Assembly: GCA_044359815.1 (NCBI GenBank) | Contig: JBIKLL010000053.1 | Coordinates: 1-19,269, forward strand | Reading direction: 5' to 3' | Source: Pseudobdellovibrionaceae bacterium | Lineage (GTDB): Bacteria > Bdellovibrionota > Bdellovibrionia > Bdellovibrionales > Bdellovibrionaceae | Length of the DNA: 19,269 nt | In this document: one piece after another, positions 17,047 through 19,269 of the stretch | Position numbering within the stretch: the first letter of the stretch is position 1 | Layout of the letters: each line of letters starts with the position of its first letter | Notes under the pieces: model-generated | What the model saw: only the letters and a program-made list of their open reading frames with translations | Database searches by the model: none | What the model was told of the DNA's origin: nothing | Program-made: the position numbers and the translations under genes

Positions 17047-17076
17047 ATTATACGGTATTTCTGAACCTGGGCTTAA
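17047..17076 (-). promoter_or_regulatory. Candidate promoter for a leaderless GYF-PilZ transcript (sigma70 -10, overlapping sigma28-like arrangement)
   Basis: Minus strand TTAAG-cccaggttcagaaat-ACCG-TATAAT-agtacat-ATG: perfect TATAAT 7 nt before the ATG, with no Shine-Dalgarno. TAAG-N15-ACCGTATA also resembles TAAA-N15-GCCGATAA. Confidence 0.45.
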
Positions 17077-17139
17077 GGCTTTTACTGTGATTTTTATTTT
17101 AAGACTGATTCAAGATTTTTTGATGATATTTTGTACACC

Positions 17140-17541
17140 CTAGGGCTCAAAGCCTAAGGCGTGATTCCACTCAGGTATAGGACTGATCAGCTTTCTATCG
17201 ACCAAATCAAAAAAGCCCACAGTGAAAAAGGCTTCACAGGCCAGTTGATTATTTGAATTACGAATTTCCTGTCGCAGTTTTGCGATCTTAGAAACCATTT
17301 TTTCAGGAAAGGTGTGAATTTCAATGGGTTCCCGTAGCTTAAGTTCTTTAAGAAACTTAACGTTGACCTCTAATATTACGGGTCCTTTTTTGTGGTGATG
17401 AATGTCTTTTAATCCGAAACCTCTTTCGGTGATCATGTCCCAACGAGCTTGCTCTAGGATTTGTAAATAAGTCGCATTGTTCATATGACCAAAACTGTCC
17501 AAATGAATTTCTTGAACTGTCATTTTACAAATGTGCTTCAT
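17140..17541 (-). CDS. Acyl-CoA thioesterase (4HBT/YbgC-FadM hot-dog family)
   Basis: LDSFGHMNNATYLQILEQAR signature; 133 aa. Confidence 0.92.
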   Translation of the reverse strand: MKHICKMTVQEIHLDSFGHMNNATYLQILEQARWDMITERGFGLKDIHHHKKGPVILEVNVKFLKELKLREPIEIHTFPEKMVSKIAKLRQEIRNSNNQLACEAFFTVGFFDLVDRKLISPIPEWNHALGFEP

Positions 17542-17550
17542 TGACTGCCT

Positions 17551-18570
17551 CTACTTAAGAGCTTCTCGCAGATAGGCTGAGCTGGTGTCCATAAACCAAA
17601 CCACAAAAGCGATCACGGCAAAAATGCAAGCGACCTCTGGCCACATGGCTTGGCCTTGGTACATTTGCAAAAGCGATCCAATACCACCGCCCCCGACAAA
17701 GCCAACGATTGTAGCCATCCTGATGTTGATGTCCCAACGATAAATCGTGAACGAAATAAAGGGCAATACGACCTGAGGAACAATGGCAAACCAGATTGTC
17801 TGAACCTTGGTAGCACCGGTTGATTGAATGCCCTCAATCGGGCCATCATTAACGGTTTCAACCAGCTCAGAGTACTGTTTTGTCAGTGACATGATTGAAT
17901 GAACCATTAACGCCAGCATTCCTGCAAAGGGCCCAAAACCAACCCAAACCGAAAAAATAATCGCCCAAATAAAGGCTTCAACAGCTCGGCATAAATTCAA
18001 AACAGTCCGCAATGACATATAAATCACAAAAGCTGCCGGTGATGCCATAATGTTTTTAGCTGCGAAAAAACACAAAATAAATGAAACCGGTATGGCCAAT
18101 GCTGTGGCCATAAATGCTACAAAAATTGTTTCAATCATTAATAGCACAGCTCTGGGTAAAACATCCCAATTGGGACTGACCAATCCAGTCAATAATCTGA
18201 TTGTCGGGCCTAAGCTCTCTTTATCAACCATTTTTAAAATCGAAAACTGAGTGACTGAAAACCCAACTGCCAAAGTGATGATCATAAACAATAGCAATTG
18301 CCAGCCCCAGAAGGTTTTGTACCATTCTTTGTCGACTGAGGTGATTTTTTTGTGAGGTGGCTCAAAAATCAGCTCACCTAAAGTTTTTAAATTAAATTTA
18401 TTCAAACCCAAGCTGGCAATGATTCCTAGTACTAGGCCCACAAAAAATATGGACACATTTTGGGATAGATTCATCATTGCTTCTTCGGTGGGTTGAAATA
18501 CAAAAATCACCAAAACACAAAACAAATAAGCAAACATTATACTATCAAAAATCGTGCGCTTAGTTGACAT
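17551..18570 (-). CDS. phnE: Phosphonate/phosphite-type ABC transporter permease PhnE with N-terminal membrane extension
   Basis: MIETIFVAFMAT, GFGPFAGMLAL, GPIEGIQSTGA, YRWDINIRMATIVGFVGGGGIG. Start re-assigned to ATG 18570 (AAGGAAG RBS, 11-nt overlap with the phnC end). Confidence 0.9.
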   Translation of the reverse strand: MSTKRTIFDSIMFAYLFCVLVIFVFQPTEEAMMNLSQNVSIFFVGLVLGIIASLGLNKFNLKTLGELIFEPPHKKITSVDKEWYKTFWGWQLLLFMIITLAVGFSVTQFSILKMVDKESLGPTIRLLTGLVSPNWDVLPRAVLLMIETIFVAFMATALAIPVSFILCFFAAKNIMASPAAFVIYMSLRTVLNLCRAVEAFIWAIIFSVWVGFGPFAGMLALMVHSIMSLTKQYSELVETVNDGPIEGIQSTGATKVQTIWFAIVPQVVLPFISFTIYRWDINIRMATIVGFVGGGGIGSLLQMYQGQAMWPEVACIFAVIAFVVWFMDTSSAYLREALK

Positions 18571-19269
18571 GGACTTCCTTAGCCCCTTCCCCATATATTC
18601 TGGCAAACCAATCATCATTGATTTCTGATGGACTGCCTTCATAGACAATTTCCCCACCCTTCAAGGCAATCACTCTGGTAGCATATTGCCTGACTAAACT
18701 GAGAAAATGTAAATTAGCAATCACAGTGATTCCCAATTCGGTGTTCACCTTTTTTAAATAATCCATAACTGTGTGACAGGTCGCCGGATCCAAACTGGCA
18801 ACGGGCTCATCTGCCAATAAAACCTCAGGATTCTGAGTCAATGCCCTGGCAATAGCCACACGTTGCTGCTGCCCACCCGACAGATTATCGGCTCGCATTC
18901 GAGCTTTTTCAGAAATACCCACCAGCGACAGATATTTCAGTGCGTCCCTTTTGTCCTCGGATTTAAAAAACCCAAAAATAGACCCAAATGTTCCCGTGTA
19001 TCCCAGTCTTCCCATTAAAACATTGGATAAAACTGTGTGACGAGGAATCAAATTAAATTGCTGGAAGATCATTGCGATTTTGCAACGCAAGCCTCTGATT
19101 TCTTTTTTATCTGTCAGCTTTGCAATATCCACTCCGTTGTAAATGATTTCTCCAGAAGTGGGTTCGTGCAGACGATTAATACATCTAAGCAATGTACTTT
19201 TACCAGATCCAGACAGTCCAATGATGACCAGGAATTCGCCTTTTTTAACATTCAGTGAAACGCCTTTTA
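18560..19269 (-). CDS. phnC: Phosphonate-type ABC transporter ATPase PhnC (start lies beyond the right edge)
   Basis: The frame stays open to the window edge (KGVSLNVKKGEFLVIIGLSGSGKSTLLRC, Walker A). Also IFQQFNL, NVLMGRLG, LSGGQQQRVAIARAL, ADEPVASLDP. Confidence 0.93.
   Translation of the reverse strand, partial: KGVSLNVKKGEFLVIIGLSGSGKSTLLRCINRLHEPTSGEIIYNGVDIAKLTDKKEIRGLRCKIAMIFQQFNLIPRHTVLSNVLMGRLGYTGTFGSIFGFFKSEDKRDALKYLSLVGISEKARMRADNLSGGQQQRVAIARALTQNPEVLLADEPVASLDPATCHTVMDYLKKVNTELGITVIANLHFLSLVRQYATRVIALKGGEIVYEGSPSEINDDWFARIYGEGAKEVHVN

Noticed and set aside
18571..18657. Longer phnE start
   Set aside because: Would overlap phnC by about 100 bp; ATG 18570 has its own RBS.
744..19258. 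Remaining 60-135 aa ORFs in the track that overlap long genes
   Set aside because: All are antisense or alternate-frame overlaps of well-supported genes, with no recognisable motifs.

Overview
AT-rich bacterial chromosomal window whose gene content (GYF-PilZ protein, vWA lipoprotein, secreted subtilase, secreted cell-wall hydrolase, split nuo operon) suggests a Bdellovibrionota-like predator; this is an inference. Left to right: 5' end of recO (missed by the ORF track), a degenerate IscS/NifS-like protein, a secreted SleB-type cell-wall hydrolase with two secreted hypotheticals, nuoB-CD-E-F-G-I (soluble-arm genes only), an S8 protease, an APC amino-acid permease, an orphan secreted protein, a vWA lipoprotein, a GYF_2-GYF_2-PilZ protein, a thioesterase and phnE/phnC. 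The most striking signal is non-coding. Two copies of a 226-278 nt rod-like palindromic element (4071-4296 and, inverted, 14951-15228) share an ungapped 196-nt core. They differ at 28 positions by my count, and about 20 of these are paired compensatory changes in the stems, while the asymmetric and loop segments are nearly invariant. A third, largely unrelated long hairpin (4436-4595) has AT-rich arms and a GC-rich loop of mini-hairpins. All three lie between convergent genes.
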